In this document: positions 13,601 to 27,900 of the stretch, piece by piece
How positions within the stretch are numbered: position 1 is the first letter of the stretch
How the letters are laid out: each line of letters begins with the position of its first letter
Assembly (NCBI RefSeq): GCF_003918875.1
Contig: NW_025765048.1
Span: 558,001-622,000 of the forward strand
Source: Haliotis rubra
Taxonomy: Eukaryota
DNA length: 64,000 bases
Direction of reading: 5' to 3'
Made by a program: the position numbers and the translations under genes
Notes under the pieces: generated by a model
The model's input: the letters and a program-made list of their open reading frames with translations, nothing else
The model's database searches: none
Told to the model about the DNA's origin: nothing

Positions 13601-15224
13601 GATGGAAACAGATTTATGACAACTCATTTTGGTGTTCCCAAAGTTACAACCTTGTTTTTTGTGTTCGTTGTTTTAATGAAATAACTAGTGGCTCAAATTC
13701 AATGATAAGAGGCTTGGCCAATGTAAATGTGAAATTTGTGATAGCACATCACTGGAGATGTAATATCCATGTAATCTGTATTTCTGCAAAGCATTGTTTC
13801 ATATGCAGGGATTAAGATTCCAATGTGTATTTTTGTCTCGTAAATAGCAATCAGCTAAACACACATTTTTTCCAATATCTGCTGGTAATTCATTAATAAA
13901 ACACCCAGTCATACAAATGATTGCATTTTTTTTTCAGAGTTAGAATACAGATTTTTCTAGATATTATTCATCAATTTCCTTTGAAAATGTTGAAAGAATC
14001 TTATCAATTCACCTAATTGTATAACATATTTCCAACCACGCCGTCTTAAATTGAGCCAATTTACTGTATTTTCTGATTTCTATTTTTTCATGGATTGGTC
14101 TTAAAAAACAATAAAATATAAAACCTAACTGTATAATGATTTTCTAGAAGTGCAGTACGTGTCTGAATCTTGCATACATTAGGTCCTGAGCCTCCTGTAT
14201 TCCACTCTTCCTTCTGTTATATCAATGGACAAGGCAGATAAAGGCCAATAGTATGTTAATACCATCAATATCATTGACCACAAACCATAACAATGCAGTG
14301 AGGAAAAAAGACATCTGAGAATAGAAACTATCACAGTGCTTGTGTGAGGTTGTGAAAACTCAATAGCTAGTTTTCTTTGAGACAATCAATGACATGAAAA
14401 CGCAGAACATATCGATGTTTCATGTGCATTGTCGGATCATCAATTTGAACTCCTAGAAACACAATACAGATAATAATGCCAGAAGCCTATCCTCAAGCTG
14501 AGAATCTACCTGGAACATCATCAATACCTTCTCCGTCCGTCTATCACGTGACATAAACGCTTGTCACTCGGAGCAATCCTTTACAATGGGACAAAGTAAT
14601 CTGGATAGAAAAATGCTTGAAGATCTTAAAAAATCAAGATACAATTGAAGAAATTACACTTTTTTCCTCTATCATGCACTTTTAGCTGTTGTATCTCAGG
14701 ACTATGTTTCACATGTATATATATATATATATACCATAATCGCGAATGGGGCTATTTTTAGCAGTATATCACAGTGGGACTGTTCAACAGGCATATATGA
14801 ATTGTGACTATTTTGGGGGGTATATCACAGTTGGGACTGTTATTATTATTATTATTATTGTTATGTTATTACATTGGGACTATTTTCCGCACTTTGTTGT
14901 GATATCGGCAAAGCGATCGTCAACGACCCGAGCTGCAACAGAATATAATAACAGAGATGTACAGGTATTGAACTGCTGCCTGTGACTAAGTAATGATCTT
15001 GCCTGTGGCTAGTTTCCTTGTTCGTGTGATTACATCTTTTTTATAGGAAGGTCAAGGACATATACTTGAAGGGCATGATCAATGACTTGACTCCCACTTT
15101 CTATGCCTTTTCATAGAATATTTCCCATATTGACATTGCAACCACATTAACTCGTACTATTTCTATACACAAAGCTCAGCTTGTGACAGTGTGTCTTTCC
15201 TCTTCAATGAGCGTCTTGGTTTAT

Positions 15225-15363
15225 TTGAGTTAGTTAGGTTTTACGTTGCTTTTAGCAATATTCCAGTGATATCATGGTGAAGCCACCAATTTGGGGAATA
15301 AAACCTAGGTCTTACCATCACAGGATGACAAGCGAACACTTTAACCTCTAGGCTACCCCACCT
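15225..15363 (-). mobile_element. Degraded tRNA-derived SINE
   Basis: Reverse-complement similarity to the 17169-17325 copy (head ctaggctacccca, tail ttttagcaatattccag), internally deleted. Confidence 0.7.
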
Positions 15364-17168
15364 CTCGTCCCATCCCCCGATATGAAATACAGTTTAGCTA
15401 ATGAAGTTGGACTAGAAAAACACACTCATCACCAACTTTTTCTCAGTTCATTATATTAAAAGTTTGCTTAGTGAGGATAATTTGTACAGTCTGTCGGTTC
15501 ATTAGAGTTATTTTCTTCAGAGAATTAAGCTGTTTTGAAAGACTAGTGGAAATTCTGAATCAGAACACTCCATTGTGAGGCGTTTGAAGGTCTGGAAATT
15601 ATTGAAGAATGTAAATAAGCTGTTGGAAGGTAGCACTTAGCATCCTATGAAGTTGCCCAAATTAATCATCTCTTTCTGCGAAGTCTGATTTATCTCAATC
15701 ACTTGATTAAATCCTGGACTTTCAGCATGACTTCACACATAGATGCGAGACTTTATGCTTGTGATGCGTGTTCCTGCCAACTCTAATACACCCCACACAA
15801 AGTATAATCCTATCCAAGCATTACTCAATACTGTAGCATATCCGATTATTTGCCAGCCAATTACTACGAAAAGAAGATTTCTGTAAAGTTACGTTGAAAT
15901 CTGAAGTTGAAGCTGTCACGCAGATCTGTAGGATTGTCCGTTTAGCCCAGCTTAATGAAATGTTTTGTCAACCCCTTCACTAACACCCTTAATCATCCCA
16001 ATCCCCATGAAATCTACCAACGTTTTATCAGTTAGGGGTTATAAAGATTGAATGCGAAAAAACTCCAACGTGAAACATTGGCTATAAACTGATTGTTGTT
16101 GATTGGTGTACGATGCGGATCAGCACAGAGGATTGCCTATTACAGCCCAGGGAGTAGGTAGTAATGAAGGATTTGTCGATTAAATCAGGCATAATGTCGT
16201 CACGCTAAATCTTGCCCCGTCAGGACTAGAATTGAATAGACTGAGTAAGTCAAGTCCACACCAAACCATCATGAAATCTGTTCAGTAATAATCAATATCA
16301 GGTCCCTTATCAAACCTTGAGTGTCATATTTCCCAGAGGCTTGTCTGAGTGCCCACAAAAGTGTTAGCGATTACATGTAAAAAATACTGGGGCCATAGAT
16401 GAAGCTCATGTGATCTTTATTCAATGGAACAACAGGGAACCAATCCTTCAGAGATTTTATCAATTTACAGTTTTACAATATAATGCTTGCACATTTTACA
16501 AGTACCTGGTAACATATTTCCAAAATATATATTTTTATGAAAGCACTTTTATTACACATAATTCTAATTGTGTCCCCATATCAATGTCCTATAGGAAAAC
16601 ACTCAGTGCCATGGCTGTTACATTCTTATTTAAGTTTAATATTTTCATTTTAAGTTTGAATGTCCAATTATGATACATATCCTTTCTATTGTAAAAGGGA
16701 ACATAAAATTTCATATGAAAATTAAATTAGCTATATTATTACATCTCCAGGACCAATTAAGTCCAATAAGGTACATATATCTTTTCATCTCTTTGAGTGG
16801 GAGTTTGCTTGATGCACAGATACAACAATTCTTCCACAATGCTTGGCCAAGACAATGCACATGTTATGAGCACTGGTACCCAGCTGTTTCACAGCAAGCC
16901 TTGGAACTAGCTATGTTTTAATGAAACTGGAAATGTTGTTTAAAAGGTTTGCAATAATTACATCCAATTACTATCTGAATGAAATTTGCAGCAGTGTAAA
17001 GTGGCTTGGAGATTTTTCAATTGGGACACATATGCTTCACTCTTTCCAAACACACCCAACTGTTGCAACAAACCTGTTGGCACAACTCTTTAGCCAATAT
17101 CTCAGTGCCAGAGATCACCAGGCTTGATTATTGGCCAAAACACATGGTACCGGATGTATCAGCAAAGC

Positions 17169-17325
17169 GGGTGGTGGGGTAGCCTAGTGGTTAATGCATT
17201 TGCTCATCACGATGAAGACTCAGGTTCGATTCCCCACATGGGTACAATGTGTAAAGCCCATTTCTGGTGTCCAGACATTGCTGGAATATTGCTAAAAGCA
17301 GTGTAAAACCAAACTCACTCACTCA
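17169..17325 (+). mobile_element. tRNA-derived SINE (~160 bp) with (ACTC)n tail
   Basis: Pol III A box TAGCCTAGTGG (17180-17190), B box GGTTCGATTCC (17223-17233), 3' region gctggaatattgctaaaagc, tail actcactcactca. Several homologous copies occur in the window. Confidence 0.85.
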
Positions 17326-17441
17326 TTCTCTATAAGCAAAGCAGAGATGGAAACACCATGAAAGGACTTCGACATCAGGGATGACATCAGGTGTTAGCTA
17401 ATGGGTGTGGGTACGAACGGGTACAGGTATGAACGGGTACC

Positions 17442-17586
17442 GGGCCCACAGCCTCACCAGGGCCCACAGCCTCACCATGCCTCACCACCAGGGCCCACAG
17501 CCTCACCACCAGGGCCCACAGCCTCACCACCAGGGCCCACAGCCTCACCATGCCTCACCACCAGGGCCCACAGCCTCACCACCAGG
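17442..17586. repeat. 21-bp GC-rich minisatellite (GGGCCCACAGCCTCACCACCA), ~6 units with variants
   Basis: Direct tandem repeats. Source of the spurious PPGPTAS/HHQGPQP ORFs. Confidence 0.9.
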
Positions 17587-17895
17587 GTCCAGAACCTTAT
17601 CATCTGGTACCCAGTCGTCAGCTCTTACACCAAGCACTGGGCACCTGTTGTCACAAGAACACCGAATGGTGCATGTTGAAAACGATTTTGATATTTACGA
17701 GATTAGTTGAGGAATACAGAGTGAATGATTTGTAAAGTGTTACAGCATCTGCTGAGAGGTGCTAGTGGTGGAGAAATTTGGCAACTATCAGCAGTGGGCC
17801 CAGTGAGACATAAACAGGCCACACAAACAAGTCACTCTTCCCAGTGGGGGCCAAAGAAAAAAATAATACTATGTATAAACCACAATCAGCACTCA

Positions 17896-18561
17896 CAGCA
17901 GGGATAACAGGTAGACATGTGTACAACAGGGATTAAAGGTAGACAAGTGTACAACAGGGATAACAGGTAGACATGTGTACAACAGGGATTAAAGGTAGAC
18001 AAGTGTACAACAGGGATAACAGGTAGACATGTGTACAACAGGGATAACAGGTAGACACGTGTACAACAGGGATAACAGGTAGACACGTGTACAACAGGGA
18101 TAACAGGTAGACATGTGTACAACCGGGATAACAGGTAGACACGTGTACAGCGGGGATAACAGGTAGACACATGCATAGCAGGGATAACAGGTAGACATGT
18201 GTACAACAGGGATAACAGGTAGACATGTGTACAACAGGGATAACAGGTAGACACTTGTATAGCAGGGATAACAGGTAGACACGTGTATAGCAGGGATAAC
18301 AGGTAGACACGTATACAGCAGGGATAACAGGTAGACACATGTACAACAGGGATAACAGGTAGACACGTGTACAACCGGGATAACAGGTAGACACGTGTAC
18401 AGCGGGGATAACAGGTAGACATGTGTACAGCGGGGATAACAGGTAGACACGTGTACAGCAGGGATAACAGGTAGACATGTGTATAGCAGGTAGACACGTG
18501 TACAACAGGGATAACAGGTAGACACGTGTACAACAGGGATAACAGGTAGACACGTGTACAA
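17896..18561. repeat. 28-bp minisatellite (CAGGGATAACAGGTAGACACGTGTACAA), ~24 units
   Basis: Period 28 (e.g. 17899 and 17927), with one 10-bp deletion near 18487. Begins ~130 bp inside the intron after the zinc-finger-1 exon. Confidence 0.95.
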
Positions 18562-18691
18562 TAGGGCTGGAATGACTAGAATGTGGGTCCACCTGAACTA
18601 AATGTGCACATGAAACTACCTGGGTTTTACATTCAAGTTGGAATGTTCTTACATAGGCTATGTCCCTTTTCTGAATATCAAAGCTACTTAC

Positions 18692-18905
18692 AAGTCCCTT
18701 TGGTGCATTTCTCCTGAAGAAGGCCTTACAAGACTCGCAGGAGATGGCGTCAAAGTTGTAGCCAAGGGCCCTGTCCCCGCACACACCACAGTATTTATCT
18801 TCTTTATTTTTCCGGCTCTTGTTGCCTCCCATTCCGTCCGGGGACACTGCATCCATGGACCGGAACGGATGGGAGACCGATTCCATGCTGTTGGAATCTT
18901 CGAAG
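18692..18905 (-). CDS. HR96: NR1J/HR96-like nuclear receptor, exon with A/B region and first C4 zinc finger
   Basis: Strong acceptor tttttctttttcag|C at 18906/18905. Encodes [10 protein letters not shown]...[36 protein letters not shown]-box ESCKAFFRR is characteristic of NR1J. Donor CTT|gtaagt at 18692/18691 is phase 0. First in-exon ATG is at 18886. Confidence 0.93.
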
Positions 18906-21900
18906 CTGAAAAAGAAAAAGTTCATTTGAATACTGTTTTATAATATGGATATCAAATTAATCACCAAAGTCAAAATATTCTGTCATCAGAAGAGGAAAGA
19001 ATATCAAACAAGAAATACATATTTGACATTTACATATAAACTTCATCGTTTAATATAGAAAAAACAACAAAACTTGCTCTTCTTCACAGAAGCAGAAACA
19101 TGTCATTCATTATGTTGTCAAAAATGTATCACATCTAGAAGGCACTCAAAAATGCTTTTGTTGCCAACTAATACAAAAAAGAAAGAGGCCTGCTTATATT
19201 TTCCACACATGACAAGTCGTTAAAATACATGTCATGCTGACAATGTTTGAACGATGGCCCCTAAAAAAACAAACATGCAATAACCATATGCCACTATATA
19301 CAAATATTTACAGAACTCTCACCAGTAATAGGGAAAAGTCCAAAACGAATTATCGATAGTTGTGAACATGATTGCCAATTCAACACTGACTGACAACGGT
19401 ATTGAAAATTCATCAAATCAGGAAACAAGCAAAATATTTTTTCCCCAATCAAATAGAGTTTATAATCTTTCTGAAGCAGTTATTTCAAAGAATGAGTCCA
19501 TTTTAATAACATCCTTGTGGGATTTCCTCAATCAATGTGGTGACCTTGATGTGTTTACAGGTCACATGATGTCCATCCCTTTGTGACTAATACTTCCTTG
19601 ATCAAAACAAACTAGCAGCTAGGGCCCTAGAGGTTTGCATGTCACGTTCAATATCTACATTCAAAACTTCCATCATTTTAACAACTTTGAAAAAGAGTTT
19701 TTTAAATCATTTACGACCTTATAATAAGTGATTACATCACTATTACAGACACACGTTGATATATTCATATTACAAAGAAGTTGTGTGTTCTAATGCTCAA
19801 GGTATTCAATTTATTTGCAATAAAACAAACACCATGGACACAAAATCAGTTTATAAAAAATCTTTATTTGAAATACGCCACAGATTTGCAAGTTCAAGTA
19901 AGTACATGGCAGGTTGTGTGTGGGTTATCAATTTTCCAACATAAGCATACTATTCTTGAACATGACACCAAAGTGGAGACTTAACCATGTGAGAAATTTC
20001 CAGTTAAGTTATGAACAGAAACGTAGAGTGCCGGGGAGCTCTGTTCAAAGCGTTCCCTGGAGCTGAATGAAATGAAATAGTTTGCAATGTTATATCTCCC
20101 AGTCATGTGACAGGCTATCAAGAAGGGAAAGACCTCTCCCAATCTTAATTCAACACCTCTACCTCTCTCTGCATATACCGGGGACAAAGCCGCAACTATT
20201 TGTACCGAATCACCCCGCGACCCAATTCACCATGTGTCATGGCCTATTCAAGCCATGACCGGCATGGAAAGTAATTAACGACTTAAACCTGCCATGTTAA
20301 AGATTGAAATGGGGCTGGAATCCCTTAAAGGGGTTTCTGTGGGTTGGTCACAAAATCTTTGTATATATCAGCTGCTCAGGCGAAACTCCCCTTGCTTCTA
20401 TTCTTGGACAGCTCCCCAAGCTGAATAAATCATGCTGTAATAAGTAGTATTCAGACCACAAAATCCCTCAGCACAAAATGAACAGGGCGATAGGGATATC
20501 TGTTTACATGAGAGTACCATAAAGCAGCTACTTAGTAGCCGCCATAATGGGAAAGTTATGTGGGGTCAGTCGGTGCAGCTAAGGCCCACAACAATGGTGT
20601 CCAGCTTGAGGAATTTCTGGCTTGACTTGATGAGCTACAGTAATATTTTCTACAAAGGGACGTGATGTTCTCAACACATTTTCCTTATTCCATTGTATTT
20701 TTCTTTGTTCAGACTACAATACGAGAAAAGGAAAAGGGTATGTGTATAAATACATCCAAAATGACAATACTATGAGGGGTGAAAGGATTAAATGAGCAAG
20801 AATATTTTGAAACGAATCATAACAAAAACTTTAATTTTCCACTAACAGGATTAATTTGGTCACTGAAGGCTCAATCAAAACTGAAATTATTCCATTGTTG
20901 TTTTAATGTTAAGCATGAGAACTATTACAAATTTGTTTACAACATCTGAACCTGCTGACATGTATTTAAAAAATGCAAATGACAAGAGAAGATAGATGTG
21001 AAACAGTCTCCATGGCTATAGCTGTTGTCGAGCCAAGTGATGTATGGATGAAGTATGCTCCTGTTTAGACTGATTTATTGTACTTGTCACTGACAGCAGC
21101 CTGAGTGTATTCAAGGCGCCAATTTTCTACAGGGGGGAAATATTATGCTGTCCTGATTTAACAGTCCCCACTCACCCCTTACATAAATAGATGAGAGTTT
21201 TCCTAATCACACATTTCAATTACGCCTTGGCATTGGAACCAATTTTCATTTTAATTGAACAAATATTAAAGTTAAGATGTTAAACAAAATGTATAGGATA
21301 TATTTCAAAATGGCTGAAATTGTTGATTTAGCACTGTTTTTCCAAGCAGATTGCTTTTAGGAGTGTGTTGATTAACTTCACATTACATACATATCAAAAC
21401 AAGCCACCAGACCTGACATACTTTCACAACACAGGCTGTAAATGATGTTGATGGCTAGCATCATGTCACAACAAACTTAGTGTGACTCACTACCCAGTGT
21501 TTTGTGTTTCTGTTTGACCCAGTCACATACCAGGCTGTGTGGGACATTTCACCCATGTATTGACACTCAGTCTACTTCATATATAACCAGCATCTTTCAT
21601 TTATTTACTTGTCCTCGTCGCAAACAAAACATGAACACTCAACTCCATTTTTATTGATGCCAGCTAAATTACGTCAAGGTCTTGGTCATATAAACAAAAG
21701 ATATCAATTCTTCAAATAGCATTATTTTACTAATATCTAATAAATCGGCAATCCTGAACATTTGATTGACAAACACCCTGTCCAAAACTCCACAGATAAA
21801 AAATCATGTTGTTTTTCATGATTTGACAAAACAGAACATTTATATGATTTGAAACTTTCATAAAAAATGTATTTATTCAAAATCTAAGAAAAACAGGTCA

Positions 21901-24868
21901 CTGTAAATGAGCAATTGTTGTTAGCTGTCTTCTCGAATCACACAAAAATCGATAGAACCAACATCATGTTTACAAATGACAAATTTTCCCAGACATCCCA
22001 CGACCTAAATTCACAGTGCCTGTGGGCGAAAAAAGCAAAAAAAAGCTGCCAATAATGGCCGTGATGACTAAGGCCCAATGACGTTTCTCCTTGACTAAAT
22101 GTGTTAGATATTACTGTTTGTTAGCGTGTTGCACTCAATGACTTCTCCAACTTCTCGCGCTGTGCAGTTGAGACCAAGTCAGGGATATCTGTCGATTCAG
22201 CAAGTCAATTTGTGAGTTGGCTGATCACAGCCGCTTTGCATCCACATTTCTCATTCATACAAGGCCTCTAAATATGGCTTGCTTCCGTGCCGCGAATTAC
22301 TCTTTTAAGAACTATACAAAAAATGCCTGCATTTGATGAACTCAAGTGTAAATAAATTATATCATTTCGTTTTGAGAATCTGATCAGTGCCAGATGCTGA
22401 TTATTATATCTATAATTCATCATTAGAAGGATCCAATCAACATAGATCATATTCTCTGTGATATTTTCTTATAAGGCTAGGGTTGTCGCTATTTTACAAC
22501 GCCACTCTCAGATTACAAATATTTCCTTACACTGACCAGAACCCATTGCCATCAATGTTTACTTGTATATAGAAAACAACATCCTTTCATATAGACCTAA
22601 ACTCATGTACAAACAGTCTTAAGGATATCAGTTTCATGTGGTTCAAACTGCACAACTATTTCATGACAATTTTCACACACAACAAACTTGAGCTTTTGAC
22701 CACGTAACATGAAATAATCCTCCAGCCCTTGCAAGAAACACGGACACGTAAATATGACATACAGACATTTTCCCCCCTTTTGGCAGGTACGTGAATTATG
22801 AAAGTTAGGAAATCGATATGTGTGTACACAGGAAAGCAATGAGTTGGGGGAATAACATAATCTATCATTTCGTAGGAATGACATGTCCTCAGAAGGCATC
22901 CTAAACAGCCCACGACTTGTAGTGGTTGTTTGACTTGCGACAATAAAGCATTTTGTGAACACATTCATCCAAAATATCAGGAATTTATTATAGGTCGGGG
23001 AAATCTTTGACAAATAAGGAGCACAAAAATATTTAAAACAGATCTGATTTTTTATTGACATTTAAGCCACATTAGTTTTTGCAAATAAAATTATCCCATT
23101 TAACAAGGGGGGATTAATGAGAGTTTTTTGCAAAATGTTGGTGATAAAAACCTTTTAAAAATGGTTCTATTTATATTAAGAGTGACATCAGGATTTGGGA
23201 ACAAATTTATTCTATCAAACAAAAAGGGATTTAATTCATGTCTTTGTGAGTGTTGGTTAAAATACGAAAATTTAAACACAGTTTCTACATTTCTATCCTG
23301 TATTATTCCATATTCAATCCCTATCTCCATAAGGTTTCACTCCAACAAGTAAAGGCTGCTCAGGTGTCGGAGAACGTTGATGAATTATAACATCAAACAC
23401 TTGCCACAACAACCTCACATCCCTAATGACGGACACAACATGGGGACATAATCTAACAAATCGCACTCAAACAGACAGTCATCTTATGGCAATTTTCCGA
23501 AAAAGTTGTACATGATATACAAACTGAAATCTGTCCAAGACAAAGTTTAAGAGTCACATGGCTTCATATCAATCTTCAAAGACAACGACATCAAAGACTA
23601 CAAATGGATGGATGCAATGTTCGCTATGCGGAGAGAATACGCTCTAAGGTAAACATTCACACGAACATTCAAGCGATGCCCCAGCTTAGGACTTGAAAGA
23701 ACAACTGTGGATTGCCAAAGACGTCTCTCCTGTACATAAACATTACACGAAATTCGGCTGACATTTACCCAGGGACAGGTGACCCGTCTTTCAAACTTCG
23801 TCCCATCTTGCAATCAGGGCTTTGAGAAGCCTCTTTCCGCTCTAAGAAGTACGACTTGGCAAGATTTTTATCTTGCTCACGCAACATCAAAATGTGCCAG
23901 GTTTGTGAACGAAATCAGGTATAACTCACATATTACTATCCTCATTACAGAAACATTGCCAAGAATTAACGAAGAATAAAATGGAATCAGCAGATTTGCT
24001 GTATACAAGACGACTGAGCAACAAACGTTTACTTTGAAAATATCTGTAAGTTACTTGAGACATTTACACTTGTAACATTTAAGTATAAAGTTCTTTTTTC
24101 ACAAACACTTATGATGAATTTCTATCAAAAATGCTGTGAAGAGTTGCATCCCCTATGAGTGTCGGGATCTGCTGACACAGGCTCACATATGTGAATTGGC
24201 CTGATTATGAATCTTGGTCAACAAAGTGGTAAACACCTCCCACAGGAATCATGTTTGACCTTTATTGGACATCTGAATAATGAACATAAATTGTTGGTAC
24301 TTCAAATTCAAAATGAAATTCTAATTTCTCACAAGCTGTGCAGCAAATCCTCCATAAAAAGTTCTTACAAGGTAAAAACATTACAAAGTTTAATATACAC
24401 ATCACAACTGGTGGAACTGTTATGAAAACTGGAAGCTTCAGTTTCCATGACTACGTCAATATCAGACTATAAACTATACAAATTACATACTGAAATTATT
24501 CCTTGTCAGGATAACACACATTGATTGATATATGTATTTTTGAATATGCACTACCAGTCCCATCATTAATGCAGATTTGGGAAATGTTGGAGAAGTGTTC
24601 ATTCATCAGTGTCAGATACTTTCATAACAACATATCTATCTGTATTTTTAGGAACATCAGCTTGCTCAATTTTCAAGTAATTTTGTTTTTCTACAGGAAG
24701 GAACAGTCAATTTGTGTCTTTATCTCAGCTATTAATTGCCTGAAAATATCACAAATTGAGCTGGAAGGTATTTCATGTGCACTAAAGTAGCCTGTTGGTG
24801 ATGTCGTCTATTTTAATATAATGCCACGGGGCATAGAGTGTGGTTGGCAATTTGTCAACGATCGCAAT

Positions 24869-24956
24869 AGGTCAGTTACGATGGGGTCGGGTCAGGGGGG
24901 TCAGATCCCATACACAATACCATACAACCCCTCTCCTGATGGGGTCAATATGAACC
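24869..24956 (+). promoter_or_regulatory. Candidate nuclear-receptor response elements (DR3 and IR3)
   Basis: AGGTCA at 24869; GGGTCA-ggg-GGGTCA at 24889-24903; GGGTCA-ata-TGAACC at 24942-24956. Confidence 0.3.
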
Positions 24957-27900
24957 AACTTGGGGCTTAAATATCTACCATATACATTAGAACTTTTGGC
25001 TAATTTATACTTTCATACAGCTCATTACTGAGTTTCTGAATTAAGAAAACTCACACGATTCAAATCTACTTAGTTGTTATTAACAACCTGAAGATAATTT
25101 TGTCTTAAGAGCAAAAACAGAAAATATTTTAATTGATTTCATGAGACAACTATGCACAAAGCTTATGTAATCTTTAGGAAATCAGTTTGCTGGCTTAAAT
25201 AAAGAACAAGAAATTAGTTTGCAGGCTTAAATAAAGTACAAAAAATTAGTTACCTGACTTAAATAAAGCACAGGAATGACTTAGTTATTTGATATTTATG
25301 CGAGCCAACTAAATCATTTGATATTACGTTTAAAACTTTTAATCAAAACAATAACATATTTTTTTTCAAAATGAATATCAGATGCTAAATCGCAATGACT
25401 TTGACAAAAAATACAGACAAAAATGAATGGGTTGAACAACTCACAACAAGTGAGAGAATGTTTGTTTCTACAATTGTTAGTGTTACAACTTTAATAAATG
25501 ACAAACTTACATTCAGCTGAAAGAGCGTCAATACTAATGTTAATATGAAAAAGAAAACTTTTCCGTGTCTCTCCAAACCCATGAGCCTGGCGTTGAGTCA
25601 CATTCAGGTAGTCTTGCCCACTCAGGTTAACAACAGATTGTGTGGTATTGAAAGAAGCTTCTAATATGAATATGGTTAGGTCCTGAACAGAATAATTACA
25701 CCTTTAAGATATGACATCAAAAGCTTCATTGCGTATCGCTCTAAGTAGGTCATATATAAATAATTGTTCAATCTGTGTCGGGGAGAGTAAATAGTTTTCC
25801 CTTTCTGGCTATGGGTAACAAATCCCTTTCATTTTCAAACACCAGTTCAGTTCACTACCGTCTTGTCACACAATCAAAAAGCCAGAGACCAGACTTGAAC
25901 CAAGTCATTACCATGCCAACCAGTGGTCTTCTGAAGAGAGTTGCTTTTGTCCCAAACTGGTAAATAAGGTGAAAAGGACTTCAGTAAATTGGAGTAAAGA
26001 ATTTTCAGCTGATTATTACAAGCAGAATTTCCTCGACATAATTCCTCCATAGTTTTGTCTTTGTACTTCCACAACACAAGCATTCATAGGTAAGTAGCAA
26101 GCAAGGATGTTGATCGGCAGTGTGGAAGCAATTGTTTTGGCATCATCCAAGCATATCGAGACCAAAATTTGCCATTAATGATTCTACAAGCGAAAGCCAC
26201 CCAGCATGACTTCAAGCCAGTGGAAGGTTTGAACCTTTCCTTTACCATTGTGTCTCAGCTCTCTACCCCAAGACGTCCTAGTGAGCTCATCAATGCAACT
26301 TCTGTTGCCAACCAAGCCTTTGTCATATTGTCAATACCCTGGAAGGCCTCCTAATCATGTTTCCGTGGTTCCTATTTGATAAATCCTGCAAGGAGGTAGA
26401 GTTTTGAAGTCAAAACAGAAGCTGACATAGATTTCAAGTTGACCATACTGCCTTCAGTGTCAAAATGCCCAATCTCCAAATCAAAACTTCTTCTGTCCAA
26501 AACAGCTTATTGTCAAAACTGTCACTTCTGCATAAAACAGCCAGTCAACTGACAAGATAGATTTCTAATCGGCTTAAGTCATTCACAAAACAGGTAGAAA
26601 GGCAGACATTTGGTTCACGACAAGTATGGAGACAGAAGTCAGTTCCGAGTCAACATATTTTCAGAATTTTTTTGTTTTCGTTTCCTTTAATGTGATGAAA
26701 TAACATTTTTTGTCATAACACAGGGATAGAAATGAAAATAGTATTGCAACATTATCCATTATTCAAGTTAGGACAACTTAAAAGTGGGTCATATAATCTA
26801 TGAGTGATTGACAGCTACATATGATCCAGGTGAAAAACACCACGTTTCTTTGCCCCTTCCGCAGAAGTAAACTGAAGTCATTCATTTCCTGTACAAACAA
26901 TGGACAATCCTCAACCCAAAAAACCTTGCTAGATGGGTCTTGGAAAGAGCTGGATTATTGAAACAATGGTGCATGCTTCATAGCCACAAATAAGAATTTA
27001 AAGTATAGACGACAATGCCCTCTTGCATTATCGACATGTTGTTACAAAAGAATAATGATCTTTGTGTTATAAATAAAGAAACATTCCATATTCTTTATCA
27101 ACACGAATGCTATTAATATCCAAAAGTGTCTCATATTTCTAAAGATTGCAGCAATTTGTTCATCGAAAACTATGACCTTCACCTTTTGGGGAGAAGGTCA
27201 ATCACCCCTTATCACAAAAGCAATTTTAACTTCATAGTACAAAGTGTTCACATCGTTAGAAAATACTTCAAGGCACATGCAACTCATTTGCTAAGAGCTG
27301 ATAAAAATGTCCTTCTGCCTTTCATCATTATTTCACCAAAAATAATAAAGCTAACTTTATGTTTGGAATTCGAAGTGATGTTAAAATAAGAGTTGAGCTT
27401 TCAGAATTTCACTTTCAACCCATTTAAAGTTCCTCCAACAACATCCCAAAATACAACTTCGGTTCCACATGTCACAAAGGAAATCACGTGATAATTGGAC
27501 TAAAAACTCCACATCGGAGGGAGCTGAAGAAACAGTGACTCTTTCTAGCAGTGTTAGCATTACTGCAAGTCCCTCTTTTGTTTAGGCAAACTGGCCGCCA
27601 AACCAAACATATGGGCCAACATAGATCCCTATATATCCTGGCAGAAAGTATTTATTCTGGATCTTGGTTTCCATCTCAGTGTTTTAGTCCCACATCTGGC
27701 AAAGCGAACTTTTGGGGAAACAGTTCTTGTGTCGCCATCTTTTTGTGACCCCCCATTTTAGTGCAAAAGAGAAATTTTTCAGATTTAGTTTTTTCAACTG
27801 GCTGACTGTGTTATCACAGGATCAGAACTTCGGGTCTGATTAGTTCGTTGTTGTTATGGCGGATGGTATTGCAGCTTGTCCCGACAACAGACCAGCTTTC

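Noticed and set aside
17169-17245. tRNA gene
   Set aside because: A and B boxes belong to a SINE head followed by a SINE body and tail; no convincing cloverleaf.
17401-17735. Pro/His/Gln-rich ORFs
   Set aside because: Translations of a 21-bp minisatellite, open in several frames.
17899-18550. Repeat unit shares 12 contiguous bases (AGGGATAACAGG) with the I-SceI homing endonuclease site
   Set aside because: The rest of the 18-bp site diverges and there is no endonuclease gene or intron context. Treated as coincidence.
17886-18561. 215-aa and 190-aa Cys-rich ORFs as metallothionein-like or keratin-associated proteins
   Set aside because: Alternative frames of a 28-bp (non-triplet) minisatellite.
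22603-23061. 152-aa minus-strand ORF
   Set aside because: No recognisable motif, non-coding-like composition, no compatible splice sites found.
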